From the NCBI GenBank assembly GCA_028864975.1, contig JAGWLG010000024.1:1-52970 (forward strand): a DNA stretch of 52,970 nt, given 5' to 3'. Below the pieces are notes generated by a model. The model made no database searches and was not told the origin of the DNA. It saw only the letters and a list, made by a program, of their open reading frames with translations. This document shows positions 1-8,985 of this stretch, piece after piece. Position 1 is the stretch's first letter. Each line of letters starts with the position of its first letter. Both the position numbers and the translations under genes were made by a program. The stretch is from Thermoplasmata archaeon. Lineage in GTDB: Archaea; Thermoplasmatota; Thermoplasmata; Lutacidiplasmatales; UBA184.

Positions 1-38
1 CGCCTGCTCCGTTCGACGGGGGGGCAGTGGAGACGCAG

Positions 39-72
39 CATGGGAGTCCCTCGGTCGCCGAGGACTCCCATG
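39..72. repeat. Inverted repeat (15-bp stem with one bulged base, 3-nt loop)
   Basis: CATGGGAGT-C-CCTCGG-TCG-CCGAGG-ACTCCCATG; lies about 200 nt downstream of the stop of the 269..3640 minus-strand gene. Confidence 0.6.
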
Positions 73-268
73 TCGGAGAACTACGCAACAACGCGAAGAA
101 CGCCGAGCGCGCCACTGCCCTACCCTACCGTCGAGGCCTCCCCACGAGGATGCGAACGGTGGCGCGCAACCGGTACGAGACCCGGTGCATCGTCCGCCAG
201 CAGGCCGCCGTGACCGACAACCGGTTAGATGGTCCGTCCGAGAGTGCTGGGATCGTGTCCGAGCGGAA

Positions 269-3200
269 CTACTCGGGCTCGACCTCGCCGTCCTCCTTCG
301 CGAGGGAGGTGGTCACGGGATCGCCTTTCGTCTCCGAGCTGGAGGGTCCAGCTTCGGACGTGGGTCCTGGAGCGGAGCCCGAGCCCTTCGGGGAGGGTTC
401 CCCGGCCTCGGGCCCCACCTTCGGAGTCTCCCGCTTCCTCCTCCGCCGTTCGTAGATCGCCCACGCCAGCAATAGTGGCACCAGGGCGCCTACGCTCGCC
501 AGTAGGGCGATCTCCCACGTCGCGAGCCCAGGGGACCCGCCGCCTCCTTGTCGCCCGGTCGGGGGGAGCGGAGCAAAGGAGATCATCTGAGCAGCGGAGG
601 TCCCGTTCACGCTCTTCGTGAACGAGGAGGGGGTAGCGGAATACCCCGTGACGTTCACGACCTCCCCGTCGTACGTTCCGTTGAGCTCCTGGAACGTCAT
701 CGAGCTGCCCATCGTGGAGTTCGTCACTCCGTTCACGGTGACCGACCAGCGGACGCCGGAAGGAAGTCCGGTCTCGGTGACGGATAGGGTGTAGGTGAGC
801 TCGAAGATGGCCGTCTCGTTGACCGGTCCCTCCATCGTGGCCCGCCCGGTATCGGCGGACCCCGTGTAGCTTCCAGGCCCGAGGCCGCTCCAAGCGACGA
901 AGACGCGGTCTCCCTTCGCGAGAGCGGACAGGGGCACGATGGACCCCCAAACGTACCACCCCCCTCCAGGTGACACGACCGAAGCCCCGGCGGCCTTGGC
1001 GTTCACCGTCAGCAGATACGAGGGGATGTAGACCAGCGGGACCGTCAAGTTCCCGTTCCCGAGGGCGAACGAACCGGACGAAACGTTCACCTCGTAAAGG
1101 GAGCCCCATCCCACGGCGATCGACGTCGCGACGGAGAAGGTGTAGGACCCTTGGGGTTCCAGGAAGGTGAGGGTGTTCGTGGTTCCGTTATGAGACGCCC
1201 CGTTCACCGAGACCCACCACAGCTCTCCCGCAGGAAGTCCGGTCTCCACGAAGGCGACGGTCAGGCGGAGGAGAGAGAAGGTGATGTTGGTGTCGATCGT
1301 GAGCCCCTGGACGTTGAGGGTCCCGGCGGCGGGGCTGACCGTCGTCCCCCGCACCGGCATCACCGTGTAGACATACGTGCCGTTGGGCTCGTAGAAGGTG
1401 AGCGAGCTCAGGGACGTGGTGATCGAGGTGGCGCCGAGCGTCACCGTCCAGTTCGTCCCGGCGGCGAGCCCGGTGCGGTCGAACACCACGGGATAGAGCG
1501 CCGGCGTCGCCGGTGCGATGAAGGTGACCGACCCGGACATCTGGTTCGCGACGACGATCTCGCCGTTCACGGGGTCCCATGCGACGTCGGTGGGATCCGA
1601 CCCGACGGGGATGGAGATGGACGGCCTCCCGTCGTTGCCCACGATGACGCTCACGTTGTCCGACCCGGAGTTCGCGACGTAGACCTCCCCGGTCACCGGG
1701 TCGATCGCGACGCTGTCCGGCTGATGCCCGACGGGGATGGACCCCAGCGGGCTCCCGGTCGAGCCGTTGAGGATGGTCACATTGTCCGACCCCTCGTTCG
1801 CGACGTAGATCCGGCCGTTCAAGGGGTCCACCGCGGCGTCGTACGGCACGTTCCCGACCCCAATGGATCCCACGACGCGGTCCGTGGTCCCGTTGATCAC
1901 CGTCAGGTCGTTCGAGTTCCAGTCGGTCACGTAGAGGTACCCTGTCGAGTTGTCGAGGGCGATGGCGTTGGGCCCAAAGGAGGTGTTGATGGGACGCAGC
2001 TGTCCGAGGGTGGAAGGGTCGAGGACGCTGACGTTGTTCGATCCGGTGTCCGCCACGTAGAGGAGCCCGTTCCGCCCGTCGTAGGTGACCCCTCGAGGTC
2101 CCAGACCCACGGGTACGTGGCTCACCTCGCGCCGGAGGGTCGGGTCGACCACCACGAGGTTGTTCCCGCCGTACAGGACGCTGTACTGGGTCGCGTAGAA
2201 GAGGCCGGTCGCGGGGTCGAAGGCGATCCCGTAGGGGTTCCCTCCGATGGGATCCCAGCCCAGCGAAACGTTCCCCACGAGGTGATGCGTCCTCCCATCG
2301 ATCAGGCAAAGGTCGTTCCCCTGGGAGTTGGTCACGGCGAGGCTCCCCGAGCGAAGGTCGAAGGCCATGAGGTCCGGGGTCGTGCCAAGGGTCGTGTTGC
2401 CCACGGCGGTCTCGCGGGTCCCGTCGATCGCTGTCACGTTGTTCGACCCGAAGTTGACGGCGTAGAGCTCCGCGTTGCGGCTGTCGAAGGCCACGTCCGC
2501 AGGGAAGAGCCCCGTGGCCACGTTCCCCTGCACGGTGTTCGTCGAAGTATCGATGACGCTGACGTTGATCAGTCCCTCGCTGGTGGCGTAGACGTTCCCG
2601 TTCGCCGGGTCGTAGGCGATCCCCGTGGGATAGGCGTTGAGCCCTCCCCCGACGAGGATGGTCGCGACCACCGAGTTCGTGGCGCCGTTCACCACGCTGA
2701 CCGCGTTCCCGTAGGAATCGGTGACGTACAGGTCGCCGTTCGCCACGTCGAAGGCGATGGCGTACGGGTAGGAGAGCGGGCCCAGCGGCACCGCGGGCCC
2801 GGTCAACCAGGTCGTCCCATTGATGGCGGTCAGGTTCCCCGAGTAGAGCGAGCTCACGTAGATGGCCCCGGTCGTGGTGTCGAACCCGATCCCAAAGGGG
2901 TCGAGAAGCCCGGAGATGGACCCCATGAGGCGGTCAGTCGTGCCGTTGATGACGCTGACGTTGGCCGAGTGCCAGTTGGTGACGAAGATCTCCCCGTTCC
3001 GGGAGTCGAGGGCCAGCCCCCAAGGGGAGCTCCCCACCTGGACCTGTCCGACGAGAAGGTCCGTGGAGGCGTTGAGGATGCTCACGACGTCGGTGGAACC
3101 GATAGCGGCATACACGAGATGGTTCAGACGGTCGTACAGGATCGTGCCTGGAGACGCCCCCACGGGGACCGTGTCGAGGACCTGAAGGGATGTCGCGTTC

Positions 3201-3640
3201 AACACCGAGATCAGGTCGCTTCCGGAGTCGACCACGAAGACCTTGCCGTCCCTGGGGTCGACAGCGACCGATTGGGGGGCGAGGCCGTTCGCCGGCAGGA
3301 AGTTCCCCGGTAGGAGGGAGCCGTTGGAGAGGACCAAGGTGCTCGTCACCTGGTTTCCCCCGTCCGGACGGGGGGTCGCAGGTCCCGCCGAGGGCGTCGG
3401 GGCGGACGACGACGGTGACGGGTAGGGAGATGGCGCGCCCGTCAGGGTCGCGGCGAGGGTTGGGGAGGGCACCGGCGCTTCCGCCGCGAGGAGCTGGGTC
3501 GCCCCGGCCTCGCGCGTGGCCACCCCGGGGGCGAACATGACGGCCGCCAGCAGGAAAGCAAGGCCCGGCGCGATGCCGGGGGGCGCCGACCGGCGACGGG
3601 GAAGGGGCCGGCTCCTCTGCACAGCGCGCCGCAAGCTCAT
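269..3640 (-). CDS. Membrane-anchored surface protein: tandem YVTN/YncE-type beta-propellers, thermopsin-type Ig-like repeats, C-terminal TM anchor
   Basis: Hydrophobic N-terminal signal (GLAFLLAAVMFA); many repeats of P.GIA.D..NG.LYV.N..S..VSVI; repeats VFVETGLP.G..W.V.VNG; C-terminal TM (IALLASVGALVPLLLAWAIY) followed by ERRRRKR. Confidence 0.9.
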   Translation of the reverse strand: MSLRRAVQRSRPLPRRRSAPPGIAPGLAFLLAAVMFAPGVATREAGATQLLAAEAPVPSPTLAATLTGAPSPYPSPSSSAPTPSAGPATPRPDGGNQVTSTLVLSNGSLLPGNFLPANGLAPQSVAVDPRDGKVFVVDSGSDLISVLNATSLQVLDTVPVGASPGTILYDRLNHLVYAAIGSTDVVSILNASTDLLVGQVQVGSSPWGLALDSRNGEIFVTNWHSANVSVINGTTDRLMGSISGLLDPFGIGFDTTTGAIYVSSLYSGNLTAINGTTWLTGPAVPLGPLSYPYAIAFDVANGDLYVTDSYGNAVSVVNGATNSVVATILVGGGLNAYPTGIAYDPANGNVYATSEGLINVSVIDTSTNTVQGNVATGLFPADVAFDSRNAELYAVNFGSNNVTAIDGTRETAVGNTTLGTTPDLMAFDLRSGSLAVTNSQGNDLCLIDGRTHHLVGNVSLGWDPIGGNPYGIAFDPATGLFYATQYSVLYGGNNLVVVDPTLRREVSHVPVGLGPRGVTYDGRNGLLYVADTGSNNVSVLDPSTLGQLRPINTSFGPNAIALDNSTGYLYVTDWNSNDLTVINGTTDRVVGSIGVGNVPYDAAVDPLNGRIYVANEGSDNVTILNGSTGSPLGSIPVGHQPDSVAIDPVTGEVYVANSGSDNVSVIVGNDGRPSISIPVGSDPTDVAWDPVNGEIVVANQMSGSVTFIAPATPALYPVVFDRTGLAAGTNWTVTLGATSITTSLSSLTFYEPNGTYVYTVMPVRGTTVSPAAGTLNVQGLTIDTNITFSLLRLTVAFVETGLPAGELWWVSVNGASHNGTTNTLTFLEPQGSYTFSVATSIAVGWGSLYEVNVSSGSFALGNGNLTVPLVYIPSYLLTVNAKAAGASVVSPGGGWYVWGSIVPLSALAKGDRVFVAWSGLGPGSYTGSADTGRATMEGPVNETAIFELTYTLSVTETGLPSGVRWSVTVNGVTNSTMGSSMTFQELNGTYDGEVVNVTGYSATPSSFTKSVNGTSAAQMISFAPLPPTGRQGGGGSPGLATWEIALLASVGALVPLLLAWAIYERRRRKRETPKVGPEAGEPSPKGSGSAPGPTSEAGPSSSETKGDPVTTSLAKEDGEVEPE

Positions 3641-3665
3641 GCGTGATGCGGACGAGCCCTTCTTC

Positions 3666-3675
3666 CGAATTAAGC
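3666..3675 (-). promoter_or_regulatory. Putative archaeal TATA box for 269..3640 (leaderless start)
   Basis: GCTTAATT on the minus strand about 28 nt upstream of the ATG at 3640, in an otherwise GC-rich context. Confidence 0.5.
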
Positions 3676-3880
3676 CACCGCGTCACCCGCACGTAGCGCC
3701 AGGAGGCGCTGGGACGCTCTTGCTCCGCCAGTACAGGTCAAACCCGGCCCACGTGAAGGTGGTCTTCAGGGGGAAAGAAGTCGCGGACGTGTTCGGGCGT
3801 GGGGGTCCTCCGCGGGTCCGAGGTGTGGGCGTGAGCACCGCCGAAAGGTCCATGCTCGACCCCCGCTACCGAGGCTGAGC

Positions 3881-4339
3881 ATGACCAAGGTCTACATCGA
3901 GACGTCGGCGTTGAGTCGGTACTACGACGACGAGGACCCGGTCCGTCGAGACCCCACCCGAGCCTTCTTCGGGCGCGTGGCGAGGAGAGAACTCGATGCG
4001 GTCACCTCCGAGACGACAGTCGCCGAGATCCGACGTTCGGCTCCCGACCTTGCAGTCCGTCTCGAGGCTCTGATCGCCGCCCTTGGCCTCGCCATTCTCC
4101 CTGAGTCCCGTGAAACGGACGAGCTCGCTCAAGCCTACATCAACGCTCGCATCATCCCGGTTGATGAGCCCGAGGACGCTGTTCACGTTGCGCTCGCGGT
4201 CCTCCATCGAGTGGACGTCGTCGCGACTTGGAACCTCAAGCACATGGCGAACTTCAGGGCGATCACGGCCGTGAACAAGCTCAATACGGAGAGAGGCCTT
4301 CCTCGTATCGAGATCCTGACCCCGGAGCAAATCCCATGA
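3881..4339 (+). CDS. PIN-domain (VapC-like) ribonuclease toxin
   Basis: N-terminal KVYIETSALS; EDAVHVALA and VVATWNLKHMAN; C-terminal ILTPEQ, typical of this PIN subfamily. Confidence 0.88.
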   Translation: MTKVYIETSALSRYYDDEDPVRRDPTRAFFGRVARRELDAVTSETTVAEIRRSAPDLAVRLEALIAALGLAILPESRETDELAQAYINARIIPVDEPEDAVHVALAVLHRVDVVATWNLKHMANFRAITAVNKLNTERGLPRIEILTPEQIP

Positions 4340-4611
4340 CGGACGAGTGTGGGCCAAACTTCCCGGAGTGGCTTCTGAAGGCCCGGCGGGAGTCCGCGCG
4401 CCTATGGTCGACGCAGACTACGGAGGAGCGGATTGCGGGGACCCACAAGGCGGCCCAAGAGGCCCTTCGGCAGGGGGCGGAGTGGCGGGAAACTCATCCA
4501 GACGAGTTCGCCCGGTTGAAGCGAGAACTTCTGGAGGCCGGGACTCGGCCCCCCTCATCCGCGCGGTCCAGTCCTCACCGCCGAAGGGGACGTCAGCCCT
4601 CCGGCGCTTGA
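4336..4611 (+). CDS. Small protein translationally coupled to the PIN gene; putative downstream antitoxin
   Basis: ATGA overlap with the PIN stop (4336-4339); 91 aa, helical and charged (MTDECGPNFPEWLLKARRESARLW...). Confidence 0.6.
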   Translation: MTDECGPNFPEWLLKARRESARLWSTQTTEERIAGTHKAAQEALRQGAEWRETHPDEFARLKRELLEAGTRPPSSARSSPHRRRGRQPSGA

Positions 4612-4941
4612 GCGCTGGCGCCAAAGCGTCGTCTTCGGACGTTCGCCCCTCGGAACGCGGCCTGGGCACTCCCGTCGCCCGCGCTCGATCGCAACGCAAA
4701 GGGCTGGCTCCACAGTCGCGCCGCACTTCTCCCCCCTGGACACGCCTTCCCCGAGGGAAGGTCGATGGCCCGGTCGGGCCCGGGCCCGTCCGCCCAGCGG
4801 CACGCCCGCCACCTCCGGCTGCCGACCCAATAGGGTGGGCGCCGTGCGCGGCGAGGGCCCCTGCCGACCGAAGCGCGGCCACGGACGGCACCGATCGCGG
4901 CCGGGATGCGAAGATATAGGCGCCCCGGCGGTTCCTCGGGC

Positions 4942-7900
4942 GTGGCACCGGAACGGACCGGCCGGCTCAGAGCCGCTCCACCCTTCCCAAGACGGGCGGC
5001 CCCCCGGGCGGCATTGCTCGGCCGTCTGGTCATCCTCTTGGTGCTGGGCCTCCCCCTCCTCGCGGCCCTCGCCCAAGGCATCGACGGCGCGAGCGGGGCG
5101 GCGGCGAGGACGTACCCTCCATGGGGTCTGCCCTCCGGTCTCTCGGACCGGACGGTCCCGGGTGGCGGCGGCCCTCCCTGTGTCGCGCCAGGGACGACAG
5201 CACATCCCTGTGGCTCCGCCCCCCAGCTTCGGCCGCATCATCCCGACGGGGCTGGTACCGTGATCGCGACGATCCCGGTCGGGTGCGGTCCTTTCGGCGC
5301 GGACTACGACCCCGCCCTGGGGGAGGTCTTCGTCGGGAACTCTTGCGGGGACTCGTTGAGCGTGATCTCGGCCGCGAGCCAGTCGGTCGTCGCCACCATC
5401 GCGCTGGGAAGCGGCAACGATGCGGAGGGTGTCGCCTACGACACCTCCAATGGGTACGTCTACACGGCCAATCCCGGGTCGGGGACCATCAGTGTCGTCG
5501 ACGCCGCCACGAACTCCGTCCTGGCGACGCTCCCCGGGGGGTACTTCCCCTGGGGGATCGCCTACGATGACCGCAACAGCGAGGTGTACGTGGCCAACGA
5601 CGGGGCGGGGAACACGGTCAAGGCGGTCGCGGGGCTGAGCCTCGTCGGCGGCATCAACGTGGGGAGCAGCCCTGACGGGGTCACCTACGACGGCGAGAAC
5701 GGCTACGTCTACACGGCGAACAGCGGCACGCACACCCTCTCCATCATCTCCGGGGCGACCAACAGCGTGGTCGGGACCCTCTACTTCTCCGGCTGGTTCC
5801 CCTACTGGGTCGCCTACGGGGCCAAGAGCGGGGACGTCTATGTGGCGGACTCCGCCACCGCGACCGTCTGGGTGGTCTCGGGCTATACCAATGCGCTCGT
5901 CGCCACCATCCCCATGCCCTCACCGACGATCGAGATGGCCTACGACAGCGGGAACAACGATGCCTACGCCACGGCGGGCTGCTACATCGCCTCGGCCGCC
6001 GTCTACGTCATCAACGGCTCGACCAACAGCTACCTCACCTCGATCCCGGTGGGGACGAACCCCTGCGGCATCGCCTACGACCCCGTCAACGGCGACCTCT
6101 ACGTCGCGAACTCCGGGTCCAACACGGTGAGCGTCATCTCCACCTCGAACCCCGTCTCCTCGGTCCCTTCGGCCGCCCCGGCGAGCGTGGACCTCTCCCA
6201 GTCCACCACGTTCACGACCAGCCCGGGCGGTGGGGTGCCCCCCTACACCTACGTATGGAACGGTCTCCCCTCGGGCTGCCTCTCCTCCAGCACGCCGTCG
6301 CTCTCTTGCACCCCGAGCGCCACCGGGACCTCCCACGTGTCGGTCTCGATCACGGACTCAACGGGCGCGACCACGACGAGCGGGGCCCTGACCTTCCACG
6401 TCTACCCCGACCCCATGGTGAGCCCTCCCAGGGCCACGCCCGTTTCGGCCGACGTGAACCAATCGGTGGTCTTCAACACCACGGCCAGGGGGGGCACGGG
6501 AAGCTACCCCGCCTTCTCGTGGACCCCATCGTCGCCGGGCTTGGGATGCGTCCTCGGGAGCTCGAACAACATCACCTGCACTCCGACCGCAGCGGGGACC
6601 TACACGGTCGGCGTCTCGGTGACCGACACGAACTCCTGCAGCTCCGGGACCCCCGGGTCGTGCACCGCCTCGCCCACCCCCTCGGGGTCCTTCGTCGTTT
6701 ACGCGGACCCGACGCTGGGAGCGCCCACGGCCTCCCCCCCGATCATCGACGCCGGGCAGACCGTGAACTTCTCCTCTGCCGCGCCGGGGGGTGGCCTCGC
6801 CCCCTTCCGGTACAGCTGGTCCGGATTGCCGGCGAGCTGTACCAGCTCGAGCGGTCCTGTGGACTCCTGCACCCCGGCGAGCGGAGGGACCTTCAGCATC
6901 ACCGACACCGCGACGGACGCGAACGGGGTCTCCGTCACGAGTCCAGCCCTCTCCTTCACCGTCAACAGCACGCTCGCCATCTCCCTGGGCTCGACCGTGA
7001 GCGTGCTGGACCTGGGCCAGTCGGTGTCGTTCCGTGTCTACGCAGGGTTCGGCTCCCCTCCCTACTCGTACTACTGGAGCCCGGTAACGGGGTTAGGCTG
7101 CGCCCCCTCCACGGGGAGCGCGCTCAACTGTACTCCCGTCCAGAACGGAACGCTCGGCGTCACCGTGGTGGTTCACGATGCTGCTGGCAAGCGGGTCGCC
7201 GCCTCGCAGAGCGTGACGGTGAACTCGGACCCCATGGTCCGTCTTAGCGGTCCGAGCGCCACGGACCTAGGTCGGGTCGTAGTGCTCTCCGCGAACGGGT
7301 CGGGGGGAACCTCCCCGTACTACTTCCGGTGGGGAGCTCCCGGTGCCCTGGGCTGCGCCCCCTCCTTGACCAAGAACCTCACCTGCGTTCCCACGGCGGC
7401 GGGCGTGGACGCGGTCGACGTGGTCTTGACCGACCGCGTCGGCGAGACCGACACCGTCGCATTCACGGTGACCGTGAACGCTCTCCCCTCGGTCACCCTG
7501 ACGGGGTCGAACACCACCGACGTGAACACCCCGGTGGCCTACACCGCGGTGCCGGCGCAGGGTACGGCTCCGTACGTCTACGCCTGGACCTCACCCCCGC
7601 AGATGGGATGCGTCCCCTCGACGAACAAGAGCCTGTCATGCACCCCGACCGTGAGAGGGAACTACACGCTCAAGGTCCAGGTCACGGACCGCGCAGGGGT
7701 CACGGTCACGGCCCTCCGGACGGTCTCGGTCAACCCCCCGCTCGAGCTCGTGCTCTATGCTCCCTGGACCGTCGACGCGCCCGGGTCCTTCGAGGCGCGG
7801 GTCCAGGTCTCCGGGGGGAGCTCGCCGTATGCGTTCTCCTGGGCCTATCCCGTGGGACTCGGGTGCGCCTCTTCCACCAACGCCACCCTGTCCTGCGACG

Positions 7901-8919
7901 CCAACGCGGGTGGACACTTCACCCTCGAGGTCAACGTGACCGACGCGACCCAGACCAACGCCACCGCCTCGGTCGTGGTCCACGTGGTCCCTCCACCGCC
8001 TCCACCTCCGACGCCCACGCTCCTCAACACGTTCCAGATCTGGTGGTGGGTCCCGGTGCTGGCGGCCGTTCTGCTGGCACTTCTCGTGGCCTTGGTGCTC
8101 CGTCCTCCACGCGAAAGTCTGGACGAACCGGAAGGGATCGATCGCGGGGGAAGCGAGGGCATGGGTCCGCCCTCGAAGGTCGTTCCCGCGCCCTCCGGGA
8201 GCCCGCCCTCGGGAGGGGAGACAGGGAAGGGCACGGAGCCCGCCGAGCACGACGAAGACGAGCTCCCCCACGACATTCGCGCGGCCGAGCCGAGCGCGGT
8301 CCCCTCCTCCTCATTCCTGGAGGTCGGCGGCCCAGGACAGCCCGCGGAACCTGTCGAGGTCGTCGCTCCCGGTCCCCCGCCCTCCGCCGCGGCCGAAGGT
8401 CTCCTCTGTCCGTCCTGCGGAGTTCCGGTGGCGACGGGGGCGAACTGTCCCTCGTGCGGGGCCTCCGTGAGCCTGCTCGCCCAACCCCGGCCCCTCTCCC
8501 CTGAGGAGCGAACGCTCCTGCGCTACCTCCGGCTCAAGCGGTCCCGCGAAGGGCCGGTGGGACCGCCTCTGGAGGCTCCTCCCCCCTCTTCACCCGAGCC
8601 CGTCGTCCCTCCACCTCCCCCTGCGCCGGAGGGGGTCGGGCCCGAGCCCGTGGTTCCCCCGCTCGCGATCCCCCCACCGCCTCCGGAGCGCAGAGGGTTC
8701 GCGCTTTGCCCGACCTGCGGGATGCCCCTAACTCGGCTCGACCAGGAGTGCTCGAACTGCAACCTCACCTCGCAGAACCTGATGACCATCTGGCCGAAAC
8801 CTGAGCCACCCCCGAGGAAGAGTTCGAAGGACCCTCCGACCAAGGATGGCGCTTCCCAGGAATCCGCACCAGCGGATCCCGTCAACGAGGCCGACGAGAG
8901 CGTCGAGGACGACGCCTGA
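4942..8919 (+). CDS. Surface protein: YVTN beta-propeller, about 7 Cys-containing PKD/Ig-like repeats, TM helix, Pro-rich cytoplasmic tail with two double zinc ribbons
   Basis: ORF 4906..8919; GTG at 4942 preferred because GATATA lies at about 4914-4919. YVTN repeats; repeats W.GLP.GC....LSC.P...G; TM IWWWVPVLAAVLLALLVALVL; tail has CPSCG..CPSCG and CPTCG..CSNC. Confidence 0.88.
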   Translation: MAPERTGRLRAAPPFPRRAAPRAALLGRLVILLVLGLPLLAALAQGIDGASGAAARTYPPWGLPSGLSDRTVPGGGGPPCVAPGTTAHPCGSAPQLRPHHPDGAGTVIATIPVGCGPFGADYDPALGEVFVGNSCGDSLSVISAASQSVVATIALGSGNDAEGVAYDTSNGYVYTANPGSGTISVVDAATNSVLATLPGGYFPWGIAYDDRNSEVYVANDGAGNTVKAVAGLSLVGGINVGSSPDGVTYDGENGYVYTANSGTHTLSIISGATNSVVGTLYFSGWFPYWVAYGAKSGDVYVADSATATVWVVSGYTNALVATIPMPSPTIEMAYDSGNNDAYATAGCYIASAAVYVINGSTNSYLTSIPVGTNPCGIAYDPVNGDLYVANSGSNTVSVISTSNPVSSVPSAAPASVDLSQSTTFTTSPGGGVPPYTYVWNGLPSGCLSSSTPSLSCTPSATGTSHVSVSITDSTGATTTSGALTFHVYPDPMVSPPRATPVSADVNQSVVFNTTARGGTGSYPAFSWTPSSPGLGCVLGSSNNITCTPTAAGTYTVGVSVTDTNSCSSGTPGSCTASPTPSGSFVVYADPTLGAPTASPPIIDAGQTVNFSSAAPGGGLAPFRYSWSGLPASCTSSSGPVDSCTPASGGTFSITDTATDANGVSVTSPALSFTVNSTLAISLGSTVSVLDLGQSVSFRVYAGFGSPPYSYYWSPVTGLGCAPSTGSALNCTPVQNGTLGVTVVVHDAAGKRVAASQSVTVNSDPMVRLSGPSATDLGRVVVLSANGSGGTSPYYFRWGAPGALGCAPSLTKNLTCVPTAAGVDAVDVVLTDRVGETDTVAFTVTVNALPSVTLTGSNTTDVNTPVAYTAVPAQGTAPYVYAWTSPPQMGCVPSTNKSLSCTPTVRGNYTLKVQVTDRAGVTVTALRTVSVNPPLELVLYAPWTVDAPGSFEARVQVSGGSSPYAFSWAYPVGLGCASSTNATLSCDANAGGHFTLEVNVTDATQTNATASVVVHVVPPPPPPPTPTLLNTFQIWWWVPVLAAVLLALLVALVLRPPRESLDEPEGIDRGGSEGMGPPSKVVPAPSGSPPSGGETGKGTEPAEHDEDELPHDIRAAEPSAVPSSSFLEVGGPGQPAEPVEVVAPGPPPSAAAEGLLCPSCGVPVATGANCPSCGASVSLLAQPRPLSPEERTLLRYLRLKRSREGPVGPPLEAPPPSSPEPVVPPPPPAPEGVGPEPVVPPLAIPPPPPERRGFALCPTCGMPLTRLDQECSNCNLTSQNLMTIWPKPEPPPRKSSKDPPTKDGASQESAPADPVNEADESVEDDA

Positions 8920-8946
8920 AAAGGTGGCGCGCCCCGCTTCCCCACG

Positions 8947-8952
8947 TTTAAA
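8947..8952 (+). promoter_or_regulatory. Putative TATA box for 8986..11331
   Basis: TTTAAA 33 nt upstream of the ATG. Confidence 0.55.
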
Positions 8953-8985
8953 TGGAAGGAACGAGCTTGCATGTCATGATGTAGC

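Noticed and set aside
1151-3313. Long antisense or alternate-frame ORFs (e.g. 1151..3313, 9019..11322, 19518..21626, 33478..35199, 36328..38754, 45030..46508)
   Set aside because: Shadow ORFs of GC-rich genes: Arg/Gly/Pro-rich, no motifs, and fully overlapping well-supported CDSs.
3516-3878. ORF ending 2 nt before the PIN start, as a possible upstream antitoxin
   Set aside because: Its 5' half overlaps the neighbouring gene and promoter and it has no RHH/AbrB pattern. A 41-52-aa version from 3753 or 3720 cannot be excluded but is unsupported.
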